Below, one piece after another: positions 1 through 7,831 of a stretch of DNA of 64,000 bases (the stretch's first letter is position 1; every line of letters begins with the position of its first letter). The notes under the pieces are model-generated. The model was given only the letters and a program-made list of their open reading frames with translations. It ran no database searches and was not told where the DNA came from. The translations under genes and the position numbers were made by a program. This DNA comes from Phycisphaerales bacterium (GTDB taxonomy: Bacteria > Planctomycetota > Phycisphaerae > Phycisphaerales > UBA1924), in contig JBGAOP010000005.1 of NCBI GenBank assembly GCA_044221735.1, positions 43,608 through 107,607 of the forward strand, in the 5' to 3' direction.

Positions 1-101
1 ACAAAATGGGTAAGACAACAACGGGCCGGGGGTAAGTTCAGCCCGCGACTCTATATGTAGTGTTGAGTCTCCCGGCGAACCCCGCCAAACGCGGCCGCTG
101 C

Positions 102-1139
102 TCAGGGCTGGCCTTCGGGGGGCTTCGGCGGCGGCGGAACCATGGCGTCGTCGGGTGCGGGCGCGGGGCTGCGGTCGGGCGGACGGTTCGCACCGCCGCG
201 CCGTCGAGCGGGCGGCGCGTTATCGCCATCTTCCGCGCGGGCTCGCTCAAGGCGCTGGAGGAGCTGTTCTTGCTGCTCGGGCGTCAGGCGGGAGAAGAGA
301 CGCATCAGACGATCGCGACGTTGCGGGTCGATGGGGCCACCTTGCGGGCCGCTCGCATCAGGGAAGCGATCGGCGGCACCGGGGCGAGGCTGCGGTTTGT
401 CGTCGGGCCTGGGCGCGGGCGGCTTGCCGGGCTCGCCCTTCTTCTTGCTGAGCTTCTGCTGGACGTACCGGTCCTCGCGCTCCTTGGCCTGACGATCGCG
501 GAACTCCTGCAGGCGCTCGTCGACGGCCTTCTGCTGGTCGGGGGTGAGCTCGGTCCAGATCTTGGTGTAGAGGTCCTCGATCTTGGGCGCGCCCTGCATG
601 ATGGTTTGCAGGCGCTCGCGGGCGGCACCGGTCTCCTTGGCGTCGGCCTCTGGCTGCATCTCGTCGGGGCGCGGCTTGTTTTGGGCATCGCCCTCGGGGC
701 GTCCGCCCTTGGGGCCGGGTCGCCCCGGCTCGCCGGCTTTTCGGCGGAGCTCTTGGAGTTCGGTGGCGTGCTCCTTCATGTACGCGGCGACGGACTTCTG
801 GAAGTCGTCCATCCACGAGCGGTACTTGGTGCGCTGCTCATCGGACACGCGCAGGTGCTCGGGAGCCTCGGGCGACAGCACGGTTTCCATCGCATCGCGG
901 AACACGCGCGGCGGGAGGCGATTCTCGTTCACGAGCCGCTTGCGTTCGCCGCCGGGCTGGCCGAAGGAACCCTCCACGCCGGGTACCTGGCGATCGCGTA
1001 CCTCCGGTCCGCGCAGGGCGTCGGGAGCGGGCGGCTGGCCTTGCTTGGGCGGCTCGGCGCGAAACGAAGGGGCGAGCGAGCAGGCGAGGCCACAGACGGC
1101 GCTCAACAAGAGGGGATGGACTGCGGTGCGATTGAACAT
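102..1139 (-). CDS. secreted Pro/charged-rich helical protein with LTxxQ-type motifs (Spy/CpxP-like periplasmic protein family, tentative)
   Basis: ORF 102..1184 trimmed to the internal ATG at 1139, which gives a signal-peptide-like N-terminus MFNRTAVHPLLLSAVCGLACSLA. Motifs 'LTPDQQKAVDERL' and 'LTPEQQEQLLQRL'. The long opposite-strand ORF 60..1283 looks like a shadow ORF. Confidence 0.6.
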   Translation of the reverse strand: MFNRTAVHPLLLSAVCGLACSLAPSFRAEPPKQGQPPAPDALRGPEVRDRQVPGVEGSFGQPGGERKRLVNENRLPPRVFRDAMETVLSPEAPEHLRVSDEQRTKYRSWMDDFQKSVAAYMKEHATELQELRRKAGEPGRPGPKGGRPEGDAQNKPRPDEMQPEADAKETGAARERLQTIMQGAPKIEDLYTKIWTELTPDQQKAVDERLQEFRDRQAKEREDRYVQQKLSKKKGEPGKPPAPRPDDKPQPRPGAADRFPDASGPQGGPIDPQRRDRLMRLFSRLTPEQQEQLLQRLERARAEDGDNAPPARRRGGANRPPDRSPAPAPDDAMVPPPPKPPEGQP

Positions 1140-1393
1140 GGGATCTCCCGTGCGCGAAAGAACTCGAGGCGAGAGCGGGGACATCGGGCCGCGGCTCTCC
1201 GGGAGATGAACGAGCGGGCTCCCCGGGAATTGCAGGCGAAGGTCCGCTATTCGGGTTGCGATCGGTCGCCAGCGGGAGGTTGAGGCGGGGAATACGAGGG
1301 GAATCGCGGGGCGAAGCCGATGGACCGCAACCTATCCTCCCCCCACCCTAACAAATGCGGTGCTTGTGCTGGCCAACTGGTCAGCGGCACCCC

Positions 1394-3619
1394 ATGGAGA
1401 TCCGCCCGATGCTTCGAAGCGTGCAAGTTCTGGTCTGTGCCGCGGGTTTGGCCCTTGCGGCAATGGTCGTTGCGCAGCCGGTGATCGCGCCGCCCCCGGG
1501 GAAGGCGCCCGGCGATGACACGGACGCGCTGGCGCGGCCGCAGCCGATCCGGCGAGACGGGAAGACGTGGGACGTTGCGCAGGGCGTTCCGCTCATTCCG
1601 CGGGCGGTGCTGTTCGGCAATCCGGACAAGGCGCAGGCGCGGGTGTCGCCCGACGGCAAGTCGATCTCGTTTCTCGCGCCGGTGAAGGGCGTGCTGAACG
1701 TGTGGGTCGGGCCGCGGGATGATCTGAGCAAGGCCAGGCCGATCACTACCGACGCGAAGCGCGGCATCCGGCAGTACTCGTGGGCGTACACGAGCAGCCA
1801 CGTCATCTACCTGCAGGACAAGGGCGGAGACGAGAACTGGCGCGTGTACTCGGTCGATGTGGCCACTGGAGCGGAGAAGGACTTGACTCCACTGGAGAAC
1901 GTCGCGGCCCGGATCCAGGAGGTGAGCGAGCGGTTTCCGGATGAGATCCTCATCGGGCTCAACGACCGGAACCCGTCGTACCACGACCTGTACCGCGTGA
2001 ACGTTCGGACCGGCCAGCGGACCCTTGTGCAGAAGAACGAGGTCATGGAGAAGGGTCCCGACGGGAAGGAGCGTTCGTCCGGGTACTCGGGGTTCATCAC
2101 CGACGATGACTACCGCGTTCGGTTTGCCCAGAGGCCGAACCCCGACGGCAGTGTGGCGATTCTGAAGGCGCCGGAGGGGGGCAAGGGCGAGTTCGCGCTC
2201 TACGACACCATCCCGATGGAGGACGCCGACACCACGAACATCGTGGACTTCGACAAGACCGGAAAGACGGCGTACATGCTCGACGCACGCGGGCGCGACA
2301 AGAGCGCCCTGTGCGAGCTCAACGTGGAGACCAAGGCCAAGAAGGTCATCTACGAGCCGCCGAACTGCGACATCGACGGGCTGATGGTGAATCCGAAGTC
2401 CAAGACCCTTGAGGCGTTCCGCACCAACTACCAGCATGAGACGTGGACGTTCATGGATCCGGCGATCCAGCCGGACTTCTACGCGATCGCCACGCAGGGT
2501 GGCGGCGGGGACTTCAACGTGACCAGCCGCTCGCAGGACGACCGGTACTGGATCGTCACCATTGTGAAGGACGATGCGCCGGCGCGGACGTGCCTGCTCG
2601 ACCGGGGCGATCTGAAGGACGCCAAGCGGAAGGCGACGCTGACCCAACTGTTCGTTTCGCGCCAGGACCTGCTGGGCCAGCCGCTGGTGCCGATGCACCC
2701 GGTGGACATCAAGGCCCGCGACGGGCTGAACCTGGTGAGCTATCTCTCGCTGCCGCTGGACGCGGACAGCGATCAGGACGGCAAGCCGGAGAAGGTCTCG
2801 CCGCTGGTGCTGCTTGTGCACGGCGGGCCGTGGGCCCGCGACACGTGGGGTTACAACCCGACGGCCCAGTGGTTCGCCAACCGCGGGTACGCGGTGCTGA
2901 GCGTGAACTTCCGCGGCTCGACGGGCTTCGGCAAGCGGCACCTGAACTCGTCGAACCTCGAGTGGGCGGGCAAGATGCACGACGATCTTGTGGACGCGGT
3001 GAAGTGGGCCGTGGACCAGAAGATCGCCGACCCGAAGAAGGTGTGCATCACGGGCGGCTCGTACGGCGGGTACGCGACGCTGGTGGGGCTCACGAAGACC
3101 CCCGAGCTGTTCGCGTGCGGCGTGGACATCGTCGGCCCGTCGAACCTGAACACGCTGCTCAAGTCGATCCCGGCGTACTGGCAGCCGGAGATCGACCTCA
3201 TGTGCAAGCGGGTGGGCGACTACCGCACTGAGGAGGGCAAGAAGTTCCTCGAATCGCGCTCGCCGCTCACCTTTGTCACCGCGATCCAGCGGCCGCTGCT
3301 CATCGGGCAGGGGGCCAACGACCCGCGCGTGAAGCAGGCCGAGGCCGACCAGATCGTCGAGGCCATGACCGCGAAGAAGATCCCGGTGACGTACGTGCTG
3401 TATCCCGACGAGGGCCACGGCTTCGCGCGTCCGCCGAATCGGATCAGCTTCAACGCGGTGACCGAGGCGTTCCTGGCCAAGCACCTCGGCGGCCGGTGCG
3501 AGCCCATCGGCGAGGCGCTCAAGGGCTCGACGATCCAGGTGCCGGCGGGCGCCGACGGCGTGCCGGGCCTTCCCGAGGCGCTGGCGGCCCAGGGTGCCGC
3601 GGCCGAGCCGAAGAAGTAG
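1394..3619 (+). CDS. S9 family serine peptidase (prolyl oligopeptidase / acylaminoacyl-peptidase-like), secreted
   Basis: Signal-like N-terminus (MEIRPMLRSVQVLVCAAGLALAAMVVAQP; alternative ATG at 1409). Beta-propeller-like N-half. C-terminal alpha/beta hydrolase with nucleophile motif 'ITGGSYGGY' and a 'DEGHGF' histidine region. Confidence 0.9.
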   Translation: MEIRPMLRSVQVLVCAAGLALAAMVVAQPVIAPPPGKAPGDDTDALARPQPIRRDGKTWDVAQGVPLIPRAVLFGNPDKAQARVSPDGKSISFLAPVKGVLNVWVGPRDDLSKARPITTDAKRGIRQYSWAYTSSHVIYLQDKGGDENWRVYSVDVATGAEKDLTPLENVAARIQEVSERFPDEILIGLNDRNPSYHDLYRVNVRTGQRTLVQKNEVMEKGPDGKERSSGYSGFITDDDYRVRFAQRPNPDGSVAILKAPEGGKGEFALYDTIPMEDADTTNIVDFDKTGKTAYMLDARGRDKSALCELNVETKAKKVIYEPPNCDIDGLMVNPKSKTLEAFRTNYQHETWTFMDPAIQPDFYAIATQGGGGDFNVTSRSQDDRYWIVTIVKDDAPARTCLLDRGDLKDAKRKATLTQLFVSRQDLLGQPLVPMHPVDIKARDGLNLVSYLSLPLDADSDQDGKPEKVSPLVLLVHGGPWARDTWGYNPTAQWFANRGYAVLSVNFRGSTGFGKRHLNSSNLEWAGKMHDDLVDAVKWAVDQKIADPKKVCITGGSYGGYATLVGLTKTPELFACGVDIVGPSNLNTLLKSIPAYWQPEIDLMCKRVGDYRTEEGKKFLESRSPLTFVTAIQRPLLIGQGANDPRVKQAEADQIVEAMTAKKIPVTYVLYPDEGHGFARPPNRISFNAVTEAFLAKHLGGRCEPIGEALKGSTIQVPAGADGVPGLPEALAAQGAAAEPKK

Positions 3620-3646
3620 GCCTCGCAACGAGTACGACAAATAGAA

Positions 3647-3675
3647 GACCCCGGCAGCCGTGCCGGGGTCTTTTT
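3647..3675. terminator. rho-independent terminator hairpin between convergent genes
   Basis: Perfect 10-bp stem gaccccggca / tgccggggtc with 4-nt loop gccg, followed by ttttt (3671-3675). It lies 28 nt after the S9 peptidase stop. Confidence 0.7.
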
Positions 3676-3703
3676 CATTTCTGTCAGCGGTGCCTTTGCC
3701 CTA

Positions 3704-4531
3704 TCAGCATCCAGCGAACCAAGCGTTGAGGAAATCGAAGATGTCGTTCACCCCGAGGCCCCCGCCGTTGAAGTCGCCGCCGGGCGATCCGGCGAACCAG
3801 GCGTTGAGGAAATCGAAGATGTCCTGCACGGAGAGCACGCCGTCGCCGCTGAAATCGCCCGCACACCCCGCGACGATGCGATAGGCGAACACGCCGCTGT
3901 GGTTGTGGATGGGGAATGAGCCGAAGGCGATGTAGCCCGGGGCGGCAAGCGTCTGCGAGGCCCAGAGGCCCGATGGGCCCGTAGTCGTGGATTCAAGTAC
4001 GCCGATCGAGCCGGTGTTGAGGACCGACGTCGCCGTGCGAACGGCGAAGTAGGAGTTCGCGACCTGCGAGGGATTGATCCCGCCGGGCAGCCGGAACTTG
4101 ACGAGATACGTCGGACGCCCGAACTGATCTGTGCCATAGGGCGTGGCATAGTTCGCGTTCGATGGTGCCGCGTACGAACCGTTCATGACGTTGCCCGCCG
4201 CGGGAGACGCCGCGAACGCCGCCTCTGATGACCAGAAGTGGACCTGCCACGCGGGCACGGCGGCGAGATTGATAGAGCCGCCGCCCCCCGGGCCGCGGGT
4301 GCCAATGACGGCGTGCAGCTCGGTGGCTCGCCGGTTGGCCGGAACAGCGATGACGCCGACGCCGCACGCGGAGGTGACATCGCCGCCCGCGTCGGTGTTG
4401 GTGGCAGAGGTGAGCCAGAAGCCGTTGTTTGTCGAGGCCGCGGTCGGGCCGATCGCGTCGAAGTCGGCCAAGGCCAGCGCGGGACCGCCCAGCAACGCGG
4501 CGGCGCACACACACAGATTCACGCATCGCAT
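3704..4531 (-). CDS. secreted protein with C-terminal tandem GC-terminated dockerin-like module (unknown ~200-aa N-domain)
   Basis: ATG at 4531 preceded by GAGAGGAG. Signal peptide MRCVNLCVCAAALLGGPALALA. C-terminus '...GVLSVQDIFDFLNAWFAGSPGGDFNGGGLGVNDIFDFLNAWFAGC*'. Confidence 0.8.
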   Translation of the reverse strand: MRCVNLCVCAAALLGGPALALADFDAIGPTAASTNNGFWLTSATNTDAGGDVTSACGVGVIAVPANRRATELHAVIGTRGPGGGGSINLAAVPAWQVHFWSSEAAFAASPAAGNVMNGSYAAPSNANYATPYGTDQFGRPTYLVKFRLPGGINPSQVANSYFAVRTATSVLNTGSIGVLESTTTGPSGLWASQTLAAPGYIAFGSFPIHNHSGVFAYRIVAGCAGDFSGDGVLSVQDIFDFLNAWFAGSPGGDFNGGGLGVNDIFDFLNAWFAGC

Positions 4532-4647
4532 GATGTTCACTCCTCTCGCCTTCCGGCCGCGCGGGACGCACGGCCTTTGCTTGGAGTTTACCGATTGCCC
4601 GCCGCGATCCAAGGGCAATTTTATGGGAATTCGGGTAAGATCAACCC

Positions 4648-5049
4648 ATGACGCCCGAACACGCGACTCCGGCCGGCACACCCACGGGGAAGCCCCAGGG
4701 TTCGGCCGCGCCCCCCACTTCCGTGCCGGGATCGCCGTCCGATCCGCGGGTCCTCGCGGCGGAGCAGGTCCGGGCGGTGGCGAAGCTCTCTCGATTGGCG
4801 ATCGGGGAGGATCGCGTGCAGCAGCTTCGCGGCGAGTTGTCGGCCGTGCTGGCGTACATGGATCAGCTGCGCGAGGTGGATGTGACGGGGGTGGAGCCCA
4901 TGACGCACCCGACGGAGCTTTCGAACCGGCTCGACGAGGATCGGCCGGGCGGGACCGCGATCTCCACCGAGGCGTTCATGGCCTTTGCGCCGGAAAGCCT
5001 GCCGCCATTTGTGAAGGTGCCGCCGGTGATGGGCGAGGGGAGCGCGTGA
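4648..5049 (+). CDS. gatC: Asp-tRNA(Asn)/Glu-tRNA(Gln) amidotransferase subunit C
   Basis: Typical GatC core 'VRAVAKLSRLAIGEDRVQQLRGELSAVLAYMDQLREVDVTGVEPMTHP...NRLDEDRP', preceded by a ~30-aa Pro-rich N-extension. Confidence 0.85.
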   Translation: MTPEHATPAGTPTGKPQGSAAPPTSVPGSPSDPRVLAAEQVRAVAKLSRLAIGEDRVQQLRGELSAVLAYMDQLREVDVTGVEPMTHPTELSNRLDEDRPGGTAISTEAFMAFAPESLPPFVKVPPVMGEGSA

Positions 5050-5052
5050 GAG

Positions 5053-5946
5053 TCAGGGGGCGGGCTGTTTGGGCGTCGCGGCCGCGCGGGCGGCGGTGAG
5101 GGCGGCCCGCTTCTGCTCAAGGTCGAGCACATCACGCCAGAAGGTATCGATCAACTGCTGGCGTGCGGGGCCGTGTTGTGGCTGCCGGTCCTCTGTGCCG
5201 AGGAGTTGCTGCGCGAGTGCTCTGCGTGCGATGATTTGCTCGGGGCGAAGAGCGAGCGAATCCGTGACGGCTTCGAGGTGATTCGCGAGCAGCGCGAGCT
5301 GGCGCGTGAGTGATGCGAAGGGCTCGCGGGAGGCGTCGTCAAAGGTCTGGCGGAGCGCGAGGACGGCGGCCCGGGTGGGATCGCCCGCGGCGTCGGCGTC
5401 GTTCTGCTTCTTGCGGGCGGCCTCGTACCCGCGAACGGCCTCGTCGAGACGAGTCTTGTGCTCGAGGGTGATGGCCCCGTCGCGGACGAGGCGATCCAGC
5501 GGACGCTCGAACCGAAGCGCGGCCACGGTGTCGCGGGCCTTGAAGAGCGTGTCGAAATCGCCGGCGGTTCGCACCTTGGGCGCCATGGCCTCGGCCTCGA
5601 GCACGCGATCGAGGTTGGCAATGACGAAGCGGTCCATGTCGGCCGCGCGGGATTGGAGGGACGCGGCGATCCTCGCGCGGCGAGCATCATCGAACGGGTA
5701 CCGGGCGACGGCGACCTCATCCGCGCTGGTGGCGAGAGGCTTCAGGCGGCCGTTTTCCAGGTCGATGATCGACGGGGCGTCGGGCGCATTGGGCGGGGGC
5801 TTCACCTCGACGGTGCTTGGGGCCCCCGACGAGGGTGCGGCCGGGGGAATGGGTGCCGGCGGAATCGGTCCGATGAGCTGCGCGTGGGCAAGGCGGGTGT
5901 TTGCCAGCAGGAGCAGGATGAGCGCGGCGGGTGCGGGGCGGATCAT
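5053..5946 (-). CDS. secreted hypothetical helical protein
   Basis: Signal peptide MIRPAPAALILLLLANTRLAHAQ. Start overlaps the stop of the upstream gene (ATGA at 5943-5946), suggesting an operon. Confidence 0.6.
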   Translation of the reverse strand: MIRPAPAALILLLLANTRLAHAQLIGPIPPAPIPPAAPSSGAPSTVEVKPPPNAPDAPSIIDLENGRLKPLATSADEVAVARYPFDDARRARIAASLQSRAADMDRFVIANLDRVLEAEAMAPKVRTAGDFDTLFKARDTVAALRFERPLDRLVRDGAITLEHKTRLDEAVRGYEAARKKQNDADAAGDPTRAAVLALRQTFDDASREPFASLTRQLALLANHLEAVTDSLALRPEQIIARRALAQQLLGTEDRQPQHGPARQQLIDTFWRDVLDLEQKRAALTAARAAATPKQPAP

Positions 5947-6854
5947 GGCTTGTTGAGCTTTCCCGTGGCCCGCTTGGCGCGGTTCTCGTCGCCAATGTAT
6001 TGGGCGAGGCGGTGTCGCTGGTCGGTGTCGAGCTCGGCATAGATGTCGAGGAAGAGGCGGAACGTCTGCCGCTTCGTCGGCTTGCCGTAGGTCTTCTGGA
6101 ACAGGTCGCCGGCCTTCTGGCGGACCTTGGATTCCTGCTCCGGGGTGAGTTGGAGCGTCTTGATGAGCGCGTCGAAGTCCTTGCCGCCGGCGCCGACGAC
6201 GCGCTCGTAGGACGCGCGGGCCTCGGCGCCGAAGTTCTCAAACCCCTGCGCGATGGCCGCGCCGAGACGGTTGGGCTTGCTGGTGCCGGACATGGTGTCC
6301 ATGACGCGGTCCTGCGCGGCGAGGGTGTTGTACTCGTCGATCATCTTCTTGAGCTCGGCGAACTTCTCGTCCGGAATCGCGGGCATGAGCTCGGCGAGCA
6401 TGGTGCCGCGCTTGAAGAAGGGCTGGGCCTTCTCGAGAAGCTCGGGCTGGAGCTTGGCGATGGCCGCCGCGTCGCCCGTTTGCTTGGCCTGGGCGTACTC
6501 GACGATGAGGCGGAGGTTGTCGCGGACAATGGCATCGAGCGCGGCCCCGCGCTCGGCGAGAACCTTGTCTGTCGCAGCCTTCTGCTCGGGTGTGAGCGAG
6601 AGCCGTGAGAGCGCGAGGAGCACCGGGTGCTCTTCGGACTTCTTGACACGACCGTTGAAGTCGCGCTGCACGATGGAATGGTCGGGACGCTCTGGAGACC
6701 GTGTAACAGTTGGGCCGCGAAGGGCGTCGGCATCCGTAGTTGTGGGCGGGGTGGGGGCGGCGGTTGGAGGATCGTCCCGAAGCGAGGTTGCGGCGCACTC
6801 GCACAGGCAGCAGCAAGCAAGCATCGCGACGAGCACCAATGGGCGGGCGAGCAT
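5943..6854 (-). CDS. secreted protein with repeated LTPEQ motifs (Spy/CpxP-like LTxxQ family, tentative)
   Basis: AGGAGG 5 nt upstream of the ATG at 6854. Signal-like MLARPLVLVAMLACCCLCECAA. Motifs 'LSLTPEQKAATDKVL' and 'LQLTPEQESKVRQKA'. Confidence 0.65.
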   Translation of the reverse strand: MLARPLVLVAMLACCCLCECAATSLRDDPPTAAPTPPTTTDADALRGPTVTRSPERPDHSIVQRDFNGRVKKSEEHPVLLALSRLSLTPEQKAATDKVLAERGAALDAIVRDNLRLIVEYAQAKQTGDAAAIAKLQPELLEKAQPFFKRGTMLAELMPAIPDEKFAELKKMIDEYNTLAAQDRVMDTMSGTSKPNRLGAAIAQGFENFGAEARASYERVVGAGGKDFDALIKTLQLTPEQESKVRQKAGDLFQKTYGKPTKRQTFRLFLDIYAELDTDQRHRLAQYIGDENRAKRATGKLNKP

Positions 6855-6922
6855 GGGAACCTCCTGCGAGAAACAGGGCCCGTGATTATTCGCACGGTGG
6901 GCCGCGCCGGTATCATCCGCGC

Positions 6923-7486
6923 ATGAGCACTATGGCGACCATGGATCGGGCCCAGCTGGCCCGGGCGATCGCGGATCTGGCCCTGCTTCGCGGGACGTTT
7001 ACGCTCCGTTCGGGGCGGACGAGCAGCTATTACCTCGACAAGTACCTGTTCAGCACGCGCCCGGAGGTGCTCGGGCCGCTGGCGGAGATGTTTGCGGATC
7101 GGATCGCGGGGCTCGCGTCGCGCAGCGGCAAGCCGGTGGCGCGGCTGGCGGGCGCGGAGCTCGGCGGGATTCCGCTGGTGACGGCCGCGAGTCTGCGGAC
7201 TGGGCTCCCGTGCCTCTTCGTGCGCAACAGCAAGAAGGACTATGGCACGGCGAAGCAGTTGGAAGGCAAGCTGGAGAAGGGCGACCGGGTCGTGCTGCTC
7301 GAGGACGTGGCGACAACCGCCGGACAGGCGCTTGAGGCCGTGAAGGTGCTGCGCGATCTTGGGGCCGACGTGGTGGCCGTCATCGCGACGATCGACCGGC
7401 AGGAGGGCGCGGCGGAGAACATGGCCGCGGCGGGCGTGGCCTTCGAGGCGCTGTTCACCAAGCGCGATCTGGGGATCGTCGAGTAG
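6923..7486 (+). CDS. pyrE: orotate phosphoribosyltransferase
   Basis: ORF trimmed to the ATG at 6923. 'FTLRSGRTSSYYLDKY' and PRPP-binding loop 'VVLLEDVATTAGQ'. Confidence 0.9.
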   Translation: MSTMATMDRAQLARAIADLALLRGTFTLRSGRTSSYYLDKYLFSTRPEVLGPLAEMFADRIAGLASRSGKPVARLAGAELGGIPLVTAASLRTGLPCLFVRNSKKDYGTAKQLEGKLEKGDRVVLLEDVATTAGQALEAVKVLRDLGADVVAVIATIDRQEGAAENMAAAGVAFEALFTKRDLGIVE

Positions 7487-7492
7487 GCCCGC

Positions 7493-7822
7493 TCACCAGT
7501 AGCCGCGTGCGTAGATCAGCACGAACGCGATGATGATGACCACGATCGTGCCCACGACCCAGCGTGACGCCTTCGTCGAGCCGGCGGTGGTGCGCTCGAA
7601 GGCGTGGCCGCAGTGGTAGCAGATGGCCGCGTCGTCGAAGACTTCTTTGTGGCACTCGGGGCAGGTGCGCGTGACATCGCCGAAGCGCTGGATGTCCTCG
7701 TCGGAGGGGCCCTCGTCGATCTCGCGCGGCGGACTCTTCGGTCGCGGGCGCGCAGGAACGACGTCTCCGGTGCTGGGGGCGATGCGGAGGGGACGACGGG
7801 GCTTGTCGTCTGGGTCTGGCAT
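7493..7822 (-). CDS. zinc-ribbon membrane protein
   Basis: 'CPECHKEVFDDAAICYHCGH' (CxxC...CxxC) followed by a C-terminal TM helix 'WVVGTIVVIIIAFVLIY'. Confidence 0.65.
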   Translation of the reverse strand: MPDPDDKPRRPLRIAPSTGDVVPARPRPKSPPREIDEGPSDEDIQRFGDVTRTCPECHKEVFDDAAICYHCGHAFERTTAGSTKASRWVVGTIVVIIIAFVLIYARGYW

Positions 7823-7831
7823 GTTGTGAGC

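Noticed and set aside
60-3640. Long antisense ORFs 60..1283 (+) and 1247..3640 (-)
   Set aside because: The opposite frames encode a signal-peptide protein and a clear S9 peptidase (GGSYGG nucleophile). The antisense translations are Arg/Leu/Gly-rich with no recognisable families.
3704-3871. Short direct repeats (78-nt period here, with similar units at 7832-7990, 50448-50618, 54316-54483, 58187-58342 and 59638-59793) that could be mistaken for a CRISPR-like or minisatellite array
   Set aside because: There are only two units per locus. They lie in-frame at the 3' ends of genes and encode the dockerin-like D-I-F-D-F-L-N-x-W-F-A-G repeats. There is no spacer architecture and no cas genes.
4613-4647. 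Possible TAAGAT -10 box 7 nt upstream of the gatC ATG, which would imply a leaderless mRNA
   Set aside because: The -35 match (GGGCAA) is poor and promoter consensus for this lineage is uncertain. There is not enough evidence to call it.
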